Assembly (NCBI RefSeq): GCF_006345805.1
Contig: NW_021835038.1
Coordinates: 1-64,000 of the forward strand
Reading direction: 5' to 3'
Length of the DNA: 64,000 nt
DNA from: Octopus sinensis
Lineage: Eukaryota
Shown here: positions 37,624 to 51,337 of the stretch, piece by piece
Layout: each line of letters begins with the position of its first letter
Position numbering within the stretch: position 1 is the first letter of the stretch
The notes under the pieces: model-generated
Database searches by the model: none
Seen by the model: the letters and a program-made list of their open reading frames with translations, nothing else
What the model was told of the DNA's origin: nothing
Translations under genes and position numbers: made by a program

Positions 37624-38262
37624 TATGTATGTATTATGTATGTATGTATGTATGTATGTATGTATGTATGTATGTATGTATGTATGTACGTATGAATGTA
37701 TGTATGTATGTATGTATGTATGTATGTATGTATGTGTGTATGTATGTGTGTGTGTGTGAGTGTATGTATGTATATATGTATGTATGTATGTATGTGTGTG
37801 TGTGTATGCATGCATGTATGTATGTATGTATGTATGTATGTATGTATGTATTTATGTATGTATGTATGTATGTATGTATTTATGTATGTATGTATGTATG
37901 TATGTATGTATATACGTACGTACGTACGTACGTATGTATGTATGTATGTATGTATGTACGTACGTACGTACGTACGTATGTATGTATGTATGTATGTATA
38001 TATGTATGCATGCATGTATGTATGTACGCATGAATGTATGTATGTATGTATGTATGTATGTATGTATGAATGTATGTATGTATGTATGTATGTATGTATG
38101 TATGTATGTATGAATGTATGTATGTATGTATGTATGTATGTATGTATGTATGAATGTATGTATGTATGTATGTATGTATGTATGTATGTATGTACGTACG
38201 TATGTATGTACGTATATATATGTATGTATGCATGCATGTATGTATGTATGTATGTATGTATG
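37624..38262. repeat. (TATG)n array, continuous in orientation with 34445-34962
   Basis: Direct inspection. Confidence 0.95.
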
Positions 38263-38578
38263 TAATCCTCCAACTACACCAAATTAAGATCCAATTACAA
38301 GAATTCTGGAAAACAAGCATGGATGTTTTGGACAAACTTATGAACATGCTTTGGACAGGTGAAAGGTTAAATTGTAAGCAAAAACCGTGTCACAGTCTTC
38401 ACTTACCGTTTTCCCTCTGTTTTTTTCTTCTTTTTATCTAATTCTTGTTTGACATAGTTCGTTACGAAAGGCTTTCAAATATTTAATTAATTAAATATCA
38501 AATATTTTAAATACCTGTTAAATTAGATAATATTAGTTTCTAGCACACATACAATGTCTGGTGGCGGAAATGTGTGAA

Positions 38579-38615
<37 letters not shown>

Positions 38616-38872
38616 GTGCGGGGAGAGGGGTGGGGGTTTCGAAAGATCGTCAGCCGTCGTCACTCGCGAGCGAGTATGGCTTCGTAGCGTGTACCATATT
38701 TTCACTAATTGTTTTAGGCGCTTATGTAGTCGCAAGCAGGCATAGACTCCCACTCTCCACCGTCCTCCACCTCCACCTCACTCCGCATTACTTTTGACCC
38801 TGCATCGTATCCAGGATGTGGCAACTAGAAAGAGAAAGACAGAGAGAGAGAGGGGTGTGGAGAGATAGAGAG

Positions 38873-38903
<31 letters not shown>

Positions 38904-39149
38904 GTGTACTGATACTCAGCTACTACTCATTTACAACTGCGTAGACGGATGCAACACAAAATTATCTGTTTTTATTCGAAGACAGGAATTGAACCCATGG
39001 CTTTATGATCGTGTCCCGAATAGCGTAACGACTAGGTCAGTGTCTCTCAACCACTGGACTTCCTACCTATGAAATCTTTTGGTGCCTATTTTACTCTGCT
39101 GGACCCTCCTAAACATTCGATGTTGGAAAAATCCTATTATGTTTTTATT

Positions 39150-39767
39150 ATCTTTTCTACCCTAGACACAAGACCCAAAATTTTGGGGGAGGGGACCGGT
39201 CGATTAGATCAACCCCAGTACGCAACTGGTACTTAATTTATCGATCTCAAAAGGATGAAAGGCAAAGTCGACCTCAGTGGAATTTAAACTCAGAACGTAG
39301 AGACAGATGAAATACCTATTACTTTACTACCCACAAGGGGCTAAACACAGAGGGAACAAACAAGTACAGACAAATGGATGAAGTCGATTATATCGACCCA
39401 GTGCGTAACTGGTACTTAATTTATCGATCTCGAAAGGATGAAAGGCAAAGTCGATCTCGGCGGAATTTGAACGCAGAACGTAAAGACAGACGAAATACCG
39501 CTAAGCATTTCGCCCGGCGTGCTAACGCTTCTACCAGCTCACCGCCTTTAATAATCTTTTCTACTATAAGCAGAAAGCCCGAAATTTTAGGGGAGGAGGC
39601 CAGTTGATTAAATCAACCCCAGTTCGCAACTGGTACTTAATTTATCGACCCCGAAAGTATTAAGGCAAAGTCGACCTCGACGGAATTTGAACTCAGAACG
39701 TAAAGACAGACGAAATACCGCTAAGCATTTCGCCTGGCGTTCTAACGTTTCTGCCAGCTCACCGCCT
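39150..39767 (-). mobile_element. Cluster of three SINE family B/B2 copies
   Basis: Dimer 39150-39548 (junction gaaatacc|tatt ~39315) plus a further copy 39555-39767. Confidence 0.88.
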
Positions 39768-40689
39768 TTTTGTTATGCTTTTATAATGAAATATTAGGAA
39801 TTGTATTAAAAGAAGTATTAAAATATTTTTGTGTATTGTAGAAATATAACCAACTTATTGCAGATTAAGTTTAATAACAAGATCTTGGAACTCCAATGAA
39901 CCCTAAGGACTATATGGATCCCGGTTGAGCACCACTGGAGTAAACTTTTCACCTTCATGGGCCAGAGTGAAGATGGAAGTGGTGGGGGTGATTTTATAAT
40001 TAATTACGTCGACTTCGTTTTCGTGTCTGGTTTACAAGATTCTTTATGCGAATTCGTGTGTTGAAGCAAAAGCAACGAAAATTTTGCAAAAGAAAAAAAA
40101 ATATGAATAATAAATGAGCGAAAATTGAACCAGTGCGTGTGTTAGATAATAAGGCATTAAGACAATATGGCTCTCTCCAGACACAACAAAATATGTCGAC
40201 TTCCCCAGTTCTTAAATATTATTTATTGCGTCAACTCAGTGTATATTAGATAACATTACAAATTTATCATCTTCTTTATTGTTTATTTTTATTATGAGAA
40301 AGGATGATTTATTTGAAAAATATTCTCAACGACAGGCGTTTCTTATTAAAACATAGTGATGCATCATCATATCTCAGGGGAAATGTCAAAACGACTTAAG
40401 ATCTTGTCAAACAACAGACACATAAATAAGTAGGGTGGAATATTCTCTACCCGTAAGTATCAACGCTTCTCACGAAATATTTTACTTTGAATGAATTTAA
40501 ATGGATTTCCTGCTGATAGTTAAACATGTATGTCTGTAGAACCTTAAAAAGAAGAAAAATACACGGAAACTTATATTTCGTCAAATTTAAAAAGAAAATA
40601 ATGATAAGCTAAATAGTTTCTTTATTTCTTCAAAAGATATACTTGAAACTTCTAAAAGCCATCAGTTTATACTCAAAATAATAATAATA

Positions 40690-41118
40690 ATAATAATCTT
40701 TTCTACTAAAGATACAGAGCCCATAATTTGGTTGGGTCAGAGCTAGTCGATTACATCTACCACAGTGTTTCACTGGTACTTAATTTATCGATCCCGAAAT
40801 TTGAACCCAGAACCTGAAGACAAACGAAATGCCGCAAATCATTTCTCCCGGCGTGTTAACGATTCTACCAGCTCGCCGCCTAATAAAAATAATAACAATC
40901 CTTTCTACAATAGGCAAAGGGCCTGAAATTTAGGGGCGGGGGGGGGGGCTAGTCGATTACATCGACTCTAGCATGCAACTGGTACTTATTTTCATAACCC
41001 TAAAACGATGGAAGGCAAAGTCGACCTCTGTGGAATTTGAACACAAACGTGAAGATGGACAAAATGCAGCTAAGCATTACACCTGGCTCGCTAAACGATT
41101 TTGACAGTTCACCACCTA
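40690..41118 (-). mobile_element. Two SINE family B2 copies (alternative 3' tail)
   Basis: Family-B head and body with tail ...atttcaggccc..tgcctattgtagaaaggatt. Confidence 0.8.
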
Positions 41119-41637
41119 AGTACCAGACAGTGGCTCTCATGGTTTCTGATCTTAAATGATTGGAAGTGTTATCATGTACATTTTGTCTTGGTTTTAAAAA
41201 AGAAGGGCTACAGCAATATTCTGCTCAATACCACAGATTTGCTTGTCAGTTGTTTGACCTTAACCAGTTGAGCATGTCCCTTAGTGGCTGACGATATGTG
41301 CATCTCTGATCACGAGCAGAAGTAGTGGGGGAGCATCATAGCAATGTGTTGAGAGGGATTCTTTGGGGTTTGAATAGTTCACCTCTGGAAACATGGGTGG
41401 TTCGTTCGACATCCTTAAACCTTTTGAGCGGGATGAGCTACTCGACCAGAAGGAAACTTTAACTGGGCCTCATCTGCGCTGTTTATGTTGATATAAGATC
41501 ATCCATGTCGTGCACATATGGTTGTGATGCATGTGCCTGGTGTACCCTTAACAGACGGGTAGTCATGATGCGTATATTGGGCTTCGTATATTTGTACTCC
41601 CAGTGTCACTTTGATGGCATGCACTGCTCTCTCACTC
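41119..41637 (+). mobile_element. Non-coding interspersed element 'D' (5'-clipped), ending in (TAA)n
   Basis: High identity to the reverse complement of 56196-56738. No recognisable ORF or pol III boxes. Confidence 0.85.
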
Positions 41638-41720
<83 letters not shown>

Positions 41721-41742
41721 CAACAATAATAATAATAATAAT

Positions 41743-44340
41743 TGGGCACAGAGCAGGAAGTATAAAATATTGAAAGAACGGGCCTGAAAGTGGTAATGGA
41801 GGAGCTGAAACAGCGCCTCATTTCAAAGAAAGCAAAGATGGTAAGATACGACCAAAGAATGAAGGGATACTAGCAGAACAGGTTATTCAGTGTAGATCAG
41901 AAGAGATTCTACAAAGCAATAAATGGAGGGTGTACCGATGAATAGTTGATACCAGATAATATTGAAAGTCAAAGGTTTTGGAGTGACATCTGGAGCAAAG
42001 ACAAGGAGCACAAGAAGGATGCTGAATGGTTGCAAGAACTGAAACAAACAGTAGTTTGTCCACAACAAGCAGAACTAGTCATTTCAGTTAGGGAAGTGAA
42101 GGAAATCAGCAAACAAAAAAAGGGCAACTAGAAGGCCCCGGGACCAGATGGAGTTCAAGGCTACTGGATCAAAAGATTTGGTGAATGTCATGCACGAATA
42201 GTTGCACAACTCAACACCTTGTTAAATGCCAACCAAGTAACACCAGAGTGGTTTACAAAGGATAGGACAGTGCTGTGCTTGAAAAACATCGAAAAAGGCA
42301 ATACGGTAGAAACTTACAGGCCGATATCCTGCTTGCCACTTATGCGGAAATTATTGACTGGAACAGTCGCAGAGTAAATGTACGGACATCTGGAAAAAAT
42401 GGAGCACTCCCACATGAGCAGAAAGGTTGCAAGCGTAAGTGCAGAGGTAACAAGGATCAACACCTGGTAGACAAAGCTGTACTTAGAGACTGCAAGAGGA
42501 GGAAAACTAACTTAGCCATGGCGTCGATTATCGTAAGGCGTACGATATGATCCCACATTCTTGAATTATGGAATTGCATTGCATCGAATGTTGAATGCTT
42601 GGAAAAAGTATGGCGCAGTAGAGGACGGAATTGACAGCATATGGAAGTTGTTTAGGGACAATAGAAATCAGGAGAGACATCTTCCCGGGGGACTGCCCTT
42701 CCCCACTGATCTTTGTACCACTAATACTGATTCTGAGGAAAGCAAAAGCTGGGTATGTATTCAAAAGCCGCCAACAAAAAGTCAACCACTTATTATTCAT
42801 GGATTACCTCAAACTTTATGATAAAGATGAATCCCGAATCAGTTCCCTCGTTGAGACAGTGTATACTTTCAGTGTTGATATCAGAATTGAGTTCGGACTG
42901 AAAAAGCGTGGTGTGTTAGTCTTGAAGAGCGGCAACAATAAATGTATGGACGGGCTAGCGATACAGTCGATGGGGGTTATGAAGCAGATAGAAGAGACAG
43001 GCTATAAGTGTTTGGGGATATTGGAAATGCATAAATTGATGGAGAAATAAATGATAGAAAAATATAAGGCGGAGTACTTGTGCAGACTGATCCTTAAGTC
43101 GAAATTAAACGGACTAAACAAGATTGAAGCTATTAAACACCTGGGCGGTTTCACTCCTTAGATATGTAGCAGGGGTAATCGCATGGACAGTAGACGAACT
43201 AAACAGCTTAGACAGAAAGAAGTTGCTGACTAGATATGGGATACTCCACCCCAAAAGTGACAGTCATATTGTATGTACCAAGAAAAAGAAGGGGAAGAGG
43301 AATGACTGAATGCAAACACAGCATTAGAGCAGAAGAAAACAACATAACATGGTATGTAAAAAAATGCCACAGAACCACTATTATTGGAAGTAAGAAGGTC
43401 AGGCTTGTGATGGATGGAAGATTGCAAAGATAAAGCACTGAGCAAGCACTTGAGAATAGATGAAACTGAAAATAGGTGGATAAATAAAAGAATGCGTAGA
43501 CAATTTCATAGGGATGTTGAACATATGACAGACATAGAAAAAAAGATGGCTATGAATGTGATTTAAAACCGGAAACGGAAGCTCTAATCTTTGCTGCCCA
43601 AGAGCAAGCATTAAGAAGCAATTATATCAAATTCATCGAAATCTGTGCTCCCCAAGAGCAAGCAATAAGAAGCAATTACATAAAATACAGAATAGACAAC
43701 ACACCAGAAAGTGATAAGTGCAGAATTTGTTGACAAAATGGTGAAACCATGTGGCATATTACCAGTCAATGTATGCCACTATCTCAAAAGGAACATAAGA
43801 GACGTCATGATAATATAGCAAGGCTTGTCCATTGGACACTTTGCAACAAGTATGGACTTGACAGAGCAAAATGATGATACGAACATAAATCCGAAGGCAT
43901 CATCGAAAATGATAATGCAAAGATCCTATGGGATTTTATGATTCGGTGCGACCATGAGATAGAAAATAGGAAACCAGACATAGTCTTAATTGAGAAAGAA
44001 AGCAAACTATGCTGGATTATATATATAGCGTACCCAGCTGACAACAAGGTATGCGATAAGGAAGAAAGAAAAGTTGAGTGATATGATAGGTTAGCTTGGA
44101 AAGTTAAGCAGTTGTGGTCGATGAAAAAGGTAGCAGTAGTACCAATAATTGTCGGAGCCCTGGGGACAGTGAGCAAAAATCTCGAGAAGTACGTGGAACA
44201 AATAGGGGTTGCAACAAGGGTGGAGCACTTGCAGAATACTCCGGATGGTGCTCGAAAAATAAGGAGTGTTACCTTAGTTTTCTGGTAGTGAAAAGCTGGC
44301 ACCGTAGTACATCTCTAATGTTAGAAGCTGTGCAAAGACG
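41743..44340 (+). mobile_element. Second R4/Dong lineage, 5'-truncated and degraded
   Basis: [84 protein letters not shown]. (AAT)n on both sides. Confidence 0.92.
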
Positions 44341-44429
44341 ATAATAATAATAATATAATAATAATAATAATATAATAATAATAATAATAATAAAATAATA
44401 ATAATAATAATAATAATAATATAATAATA

Positions 44430-44463
<34 letters not shown>

Positions 44464-44464
44464 C

Positions 44465-44650
44465 CTGTCTTCTAAAGGCACAAGACCTGAAATATGGGGG
44501 TAGGGGACTAGTCGATTACATCGACCCCAGTACGCAACTGGTACTTAATGTATCGACCCCGAAAGAATGAAAGTAAAGTCAACCTCAGCGGAATTTGAAC
44601 TCAGAACGTAGCAACAGGCGAAATACCGCTAAACATTTCAACTAGCGTGT
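44465..44650 (-). mobile_element. SINE family B2, head truncated
   Basis: Family-B body. Confidence 0.85.
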
Positions 44651-45182
44651 GCCAGAAATGGAGATTTGAAGCTGGAAATACATGGTGCAATCATCGAGTG
44701 GAAAGAGTACTGGAGTCGGAGAAATGTAAGACTTTGTGGGACTTCCCTATTCAAGGGCATAAGTAATTATAAAAATAATAGACCAGATATAACGATTGTA
44801 TATAAGGAAAAGCGAAGTTGCTTACTTATTGACCCACCATGCCCGTTTGATTCCAGGAAGGTAAAGAAGAATAAAATACAATTCATTAGAGTTTGAAATA
44901 GTAAGAATTTGGTACACGCGAACAGTAAAGGTTGGGCCTATAATAACTGATGCGTTGGGAACAGTAAGCCAAAATATATAGACAAATGGCTGAAGGAAAT
45001 TGAAATAGAGTGCCCTGTAGAGTACCGATAGAAAGTCTGTCTCTTAGGAACAGCAAGGATTATCAAGAGGGTTTTAAGCACTTGAAAGATTGCTGAAAAC
45101 TTGTGGATGCCTAAGGTTTCAGGAATAACCCGTTACCCTCCTAATTTCTACCAAGAATAAAACCGAACTTGAGCCAAACCAA
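44651..45182 (+). mobile_element. Third R4/Dong lineage, RLE domain and 3' UTR
   Basis: WCNHRVERVLESEKCKTLWDFPIQ, NRPDITIV..LLIDPPCP, LLGTARIIKRVLST*. Ends in aataataa. Confidence 0.85.
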
Positions 45183-45200
45183 AATAATAATGATAATAAA

Positions 45201-45633
45201 GGCGCAGGAGTGGCTGTGTGGTAAGTAGCTTGCTTACCAACCCACATGGTACTGGGTTCATTCCCACTGCGTGGCACCTTGGGCAAAGTGTCTTCTACTA
45301 TAGCCTCGGGCCGACCAAAGCCTTGTGAGTGGATTTGGTAGATGGAAACTGAAAGAAGCCCGTCGTATATATGTATATATATATGCATGCGTGTGTATAT
45401 GTTTGTGTGTCTGTGTTTGTCTCCCCAACATCGCTTGACAACCGATGCTGGTGTGTTTACGTCCCCGTAACTTAGAGGTTCGGCAAAAGACACCGATAGA
45501 ATAAGTACTAGGCTTCCAAAAAGTAAGTCCTGGGGTTGATTTGCTCGATTAAAAAGGCGGTGCTCCAGCATGGCCAAAGTCAAATGACTGAAACAAGTAA
45601 AAGAGTAAAAGAGAGTCAAAGAGAGTAAAAGAG
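45201..45633 (+). mobile_element. SINE family A, full length
   Basis: ggcgcaggagtggctgtgtggtaag head, (AGAGTAAA) tail. Confidence 0.93.
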
Positions 45634-45640
45634 TAATAAC

Positions 45641-46690
45641 GTTTTCTTTATTAACCACAAATGATTAACAGAAAGACCAAGGATATGAAATGGTGAGGAA
45701 TTACATGAAAGCGTGAAATAATAAAAACAAAATTCGAACATGAAAAAACTCCCCCCCAAAGGGACACTTCCGAGAACTGCTCGTGAAAATCCTACTAAAC
45801 TACGGTCATCCTGACCAAAAGAGCATGTGCCTTCTCCTCGTCCTGTTCTCCCAGTTTACAGTCGCATGCTCAGAACAGGTCTGTTCACTCAGACTGTACT
45901 TGTCACATTCACCCAGCTTTCAAAAATTTTTCTGGAAGGCAGCACGTGCGTCTCCACCTTCACTTTCCTTTTTTTTTTTCTTTTTTTTTTTTCAAGTGAA
46001 ACTTGAAAACGTTAATGAGGGTTTGAACAGAGAAGAAAGTGTCCATCTTCAGCCCTTACAAACTGGTCCACCACACGACCTCTTTTGCTAAGTTCACCAG
46101 ACAGATTAAACACTGCCTGTCCTTCACAATCAGAATAAGACAGCAGGGCGATTTTCACAATGGACTCAGCCGATAGCTGGATTCGTCCTACTCGTGGCAG
46201 TTCGACATCAGTCAGCAATTCTCCGGCACTAGACGCGTGCGAAACAGTTTCGTCACTCTGCGCACATTTCGTGTAGGCCTGCCTGATGGCTCTACTCAGT
46301 GACTGTAGTTTTTATCTTAAACCAGCAATGCCCTTCAGTAGCATTGCATAGGGCGCAGATTTCTGGAAATTATCCGAGAGCCTGCTCGAAAGTCCAGCAG
46401 GACAGACCAACCAGTTGATACTCGTCGATGCTCAGTCTTCTCGAAAACGTCATCATACTTGCGTGCCACTAAATCTCTGTGAAACGCCGACTGCTGTGCC
46501 CGACTGACAGAGAGTGTGAATACCTAATGGCACTGAAATTGCCAGGCACCCTACCTCGGTTTACGCTTGATCCAGTTCAGTCAAAGAGACTAGCTGCGGA
46601 TAAGCGAGTCTGACAAAAGGCGAACACACAAGCTAACCGTGGAGGAAACGCGGGAGATGTCACTGCCTCAATGCATGTCTGCACATCATC
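45641..46690 (-). mobile_element. Tx1/L1-type ORF2 C-terminus and 3' UTR
   Basis: RDLVARKYDD, DNFQKS, KCAQSDETVSHA (C-terminal Cys/His motif), FFKFHLK..KVKVE..SW. AATAAA at 45647-45652 (minus strand). Confidence 0.72.
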
Positions 46691-46745
46691 GGCCACACAT
46701 TTGTATATTTGTGTGCGCGTGTGTGTGTGTGTGTTTGTGTGTGTA

Positions 46746-46790
<45 letters not shown>

Positions 46791-47169
46791 TATATATGTG
46801 TGTGTGTATAATGTTTGTGTATATGTATGTATAAAAATATATATATATATATAATATATATATATATTTGTACATACATATACACAAACATTTATACACA
46901 CATATATATATACACAAATATATATGCACACAAACATACAAACATGCATGCACACGTACACACATACATACACAGACACAGTATATACATACACAGACAC
47001 AGTACATACACACATGCTTGCATATGCAGGAGACAAATAACAGTCAATGCAACTGGAACCATTACAACATTAGAAATTTGCAAGACTGTCACCGTACTTA
47101 ATATGAACATATCTTTGAGTTAGAGCACGACTGTGTTCTGGTAAACCACACTCCACCCTGGAAGACGTA

Positions 47170-48455
47170 TGGACTACAATTTTGGCAGTCATCACAGTTT
47201 ACAAATGATTGGGCCTGCCAATTAAAACACATAACTGAGGTCATGTCTTCATCACCTTCTGACTTTAACATTTCCTCAATACAACAGCACAACCATTCAC
47301 ACTCTCCCAAGTCTGATAGATACCTTGGCAGCACCATTTCCAATGACTGCCCACTTGATTCTTTCTAAACAGCTGTTTCATACCAAAATTGTCTTTTACT
47401 GGACATCCACCATGGGTGCCCAGAAACAGACCAAGTGCAGCCAATACTACAGGGCACTGGAGGTCTTTAACATCCAGTGTTTCTAGAAGATTCTTTTTGT
47501 CACTTGACAAGATAGGGTTATGTTGTGTGGACGCCCCCAGACGATGAAGTAGGCTAGCCCAATACATAGATATAGAGGGAGAAGTCTAGACGTCAGGAGT
47601 TGAGTAGAGGTCATTGGAATGTGCAATATAACAGTGGCAACGAGGATTTCGTAGCACACACAGCCACTGTGTAGTATTGTGATATAACAGGTTACATACC
47701 TATAAACCTTCTGTTAAAACTAACACCTGCAGTATAGTACAGGCATCAACTAAAATGGTTTGATGATGTAGTGTGCATGTGTGACTCATGTCTTTTCTCT
47801 ATGAACCACTACGGCTAGCTACACTGTGATCAAAACCTGACTGAAGGACTTTAAAAATAGTTCCAGTACATACTGTTTGATACCTTTCTCACTGGCGACC
47901 TCATTATTACTGATTATAAATAACTACATCTGTCAATTGAACATCACAAAATTGAAGTCATCTTCATCACCTTCTCACTTTAACATTTCCTCAATACAAC
48001 AGCACAACCATTCACACTCTCCCAAGTCTGATAGATACCTTCGCAGCACCATTTCCAATGACTGCCCACTTGATTCTTTCTAAACACTGTACAGGCATCA
48101 ACTAAAACAGTTTGGTCATCTAATCTGCATCAGTGATTCAAGTCTCCTCTGTATGAATCACAATGGCTAGCTACACTGCGATTGATATCTTACAGTGTTC
48201 TGTTGTATAGGCGCACTTGCTTTGTGTCTGGGCACCCATGGTGGATACCCAGTAAAAGACATCTTTAGTATGGGAAATCTGCTTAGAAAGAATAAAATGT
48301 GTAGTCATTGGAAATGTGCTGCCAAAGTTCTCTTTTACTGGACATCCACCATGGGTGCCCAGACACAGAGCAAGTGCAGCCAATAAACAGGACACTGTAA
48401 GTCTTTAAACTCCACTGCCTCCAGAAGATTCTTTTAGTCACTTGACAAGATAGGA
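47170..48455 (+). mobile_element. RTE-clade RT fragment with local direct and inverted duplications
   Basis: TEVM, YLGSTISND, LL..GCPET, ALEVFNIQCF.KIL..QDRV. 47225-47370 recurs at ~47950-48085. Inverted copy ~48190-48330. Confidence 0.75.
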
Positions 48456-49080
48456 TTACATATATAGAAAGTGGAAGTGAACATTGTGGCCTCTGTCAAG
48501 GCATGGCAATTTAGTTTTTTTTATGACTTGTTAAAAAGAAGTGAGATAATACCAATTAGTATTTTCACTATCTCGAAGACTAATTGGGAAAACATGTAGT
48601 GAAGAACCAAACTTTAGTGCTAAGTGCACTAAAGTACTCAACTTCTGGTGTTGAGCCTTGCAATAAATATAATCAGTCACCTGATTTAATGACTGATATT
48701 TTTGATGAGGATCCATGAAATTAATGTTTACAAAATTACACATGCAATACTAAAGTCACTCCAAGCTTCTTCTACAGCATAATTTGCTTAAGGTGAATTG
48801 AAGGGATGATGGAAACTGAAAGCATTTTCTATTAGTGGTTAACAATGGATAAATAAATATTTCATGAATTTAATTTTGGGTTTGGACAATCAAAGAATAG
48901 ATATTAAAATGTTATAACTTCCTTAACAAAGGAGATTTTTTTGAATAATAACCCAAATTTTTTTGCTTAGAAGGTATGTTAGCATTGGGATAACTGTAAT
49001 TTTTTTTTTTTGTTTGGGAGGTCATATTTAAAAAAGAGATTTCAACCTCGATATTGGATTTAAAAACTTATAGCATAGAG

Positions 49081-49600
49081 CAGTGGTTTTTAACTGGGGG
49101 GTTCATTAAAGATTTGTTGTTAAAAATCATGCTCACAAATCAGTTATACTTTTACAACACATAAAATATTTCAACAATTTTTTTTTTATATAATTCTTAA
49201 TAATATTTAGTCATAAAAATATAATGGGATTTTTAAAAAACTTCATATGGTTATGAGGGTCCTGTTGTGTAAAACAGAAATGAAAGGATTCCACAAGCGA
49301 AAAATGGTTGACTATGGTTTAAAGATTTTGTGCTTTATTTAATCTGTCAGTCTAGATCAGTGATTCTCAACATGGGGTCCACATAAGATTTAGGTGTTAA
49401 AATAAATCAGTTATACTTTTACAATACACAAAACATTTTAACAATTTTTTATACAACGGTGGCGCCCCAGCTTGATTGCAGCTTTAAAGCTGAATCAATT
49501 TAAAGAATTAAAGAATTAAAGAAATTCCTAATAATATTCAATTATAAAAATATAATAGTAATTTTTAAAATTTCAAGTAACTATAAGGGTCCAGTTGAGA
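49081..49600. mobile_element. Two related hAT/Charlie-like MITE copies in tandem
   Basis: Starts cagtggtttttaac (49081) and cagtgattctcaac (49358); shared internal aaatcagttatacttttacaa. A matching right end ggttgagcaccactg lies at ~39921-39935. Confidence 0.6.
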
Positions 49601-50066
49601 AAAATAGGCAAAATAAAAAGAAAGTGATTGAAAATGACTTTATTGGATAATAATGGTTGATTTTTCAAAATTTCGCATGATCTGAATTGAAACCAATAAT
49701 TATTGGTGGAGGACATCTGCAGGATAATTTGAAAAAGTCAATGGACAACTCAGGACTGAATCATGTTTCATGAATTTTGGGGTACATTAATTCTGTATTC
49801 AAAACATACTGTTGTATGAAATTTTTTTTTTTTTTTTGTAATCTTTCCTCTCTCTATCCATGATATAAGTACTAGTTACATTCATGGAAAGAACAAAAAG
49901 AAAAGAAAAAAAGAAAGAAAAAAGACATTCTGTTGTAACAGAAGGCTGGATAAAAATTGGCCCTTTCCCAAGCAATAAGAAACTTGACTTTGACAGCTAT
50001 AATGAAAGTGATTCTTAGCAACGATGATACTGTCTGTAAGTTATGAGAATACAGTTTAACTTTATA

Positions 50067-50462
50067 GGTGCAGGAATGGCTGTGTGGTAAGTAGCTTGCT
50101 TACCAACCACATAATTCCGGGTTCAGTCCCACTGCGAGGCACCTTGGGCAAGAGTCTTCTACTGTAGCCTCAGGCTGACCAAAGCCTTGTGAGTGGATTT
50201 GGTAGACGGAAACTGAAAGAATCCCATCGTGTATATATATATATGGTTGTATGTATATGTTTGTGTGTCTGTGTTTGTCCCCCCACCATCACTTGACAAC
50301 TGAAGCTGGTGTGTTTACGTTCCTGTCACTTAGTGGTTCAGCAAAAGAGACCAATAGAATAAGTACTAGGCTTCCAAAGAATAAGTCCTGGGGTCGATTT
50401 GCTCAACTAAAGGCAGTGCTCCAGCATGGCCGCAGTCAAATGACTGAAACAAATAAAAGAAT
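50067..50462 (+). mobile_element. SINE family A, full length
   Basis: Consensus match. Confidence 0.92.
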
Positions 50463-50609
50463 AACTTTGATAATATTACTTACCAGCTATGATAATAATG
50501 TTTATTAACTATGAAAATACAATTTATTAGCTACAGTGATACTGTTTAGTAGTTATGCCGGTACTGTTTATTAACAATGTTTATTAGCTAGAATTTTTCT
50601 TTTATTCTT

Positions 50610-50905
50610 TTACTTGTATTCAGTCATGTAACTGCAACCATGCTGGAGCACCAGCTTAATAGGTTTTAGTCGAACAAATTGACACCAGGACATACTTTGT
50701 AAGCCTAGAACTTATTCTATCAGTCTCTTTTGCTGAACTGCTAACACACCAAGGCTTCTTTCAGTTTCTGACTTCCAATCCACTCACAAGGTTTTGGACA
50801 GCTCAAGGTTATAGTAAAAAACACTTGCCCAAGGTGCCACGCAGCGGGGACTGAACTAGAACCATGTGGTTGAGAAACAAACTCCTTACCACACAGCCAT
50901 GTCTG
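50610..50905 (-). mobile_element. SINE family A with internal deletion
   Basis: Tail and head present, central microsatellite region absent. Confidence 0.8.
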
Positions 50906-50945
50906 ATGGGTTTTTTTTTTAATGCTATGGTGATATACCATCACA

Positions 50946-51337
50946 GTGGAGGCGCAATGGCCCAGTGGTTAGGGCAGCGGACTCGCGGTCGGAGGATCGC
51001 AGTTTCGATTCTCAGACCGGGCATTGTGAGTGTTTATTGAGCGAAAACACCTAAAGCTCCACGAGGCTCACCAGGGGGTGGTGGTGAACCCTGCTGTACT
51101 CTTTCACCACAACTTTCTCTCGCTCTTTCTTCCTGTTTCTCTTGTACCTGTATTTCAAAGGGCCAGCCTTGTCACACTCTGTGTCACGCTGAATCTCCTC
51201 GAGAACTACGTTAAGGGTACACGTGTCTGTGGAGTGCTCAGCCACTTGCACGTTAATATCACGAGCAAGCTGTTCCGTGATCATATCAGCTGGGACCCTC
51301 ATCGTCGCAACCGATGGAGTGCTCCTATATAAAAAAA
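50946..51337 (+). mobile_element. tRNA-derived SINE, family C, full length
   Basis: A box tggcccagtgg, B box gtttcgattct, A-rich tail. 11-bp TSD ataccatcaca at 50935-50945 and 51338-51348. Confidence 0.92.

Noticed and set aside
49884-50042. 44-codon ORF followed by a GTAAGT donor-like site
   Set aside because: A stop precedes the donor, the start is low-complexity, and no family is recognisable.
50946-51020. tRNA genes at SINE heads
   Set aside because: A/B boxes are present, but there is no complete cloverleaf and each continues into a SINE body with tail and TSD.
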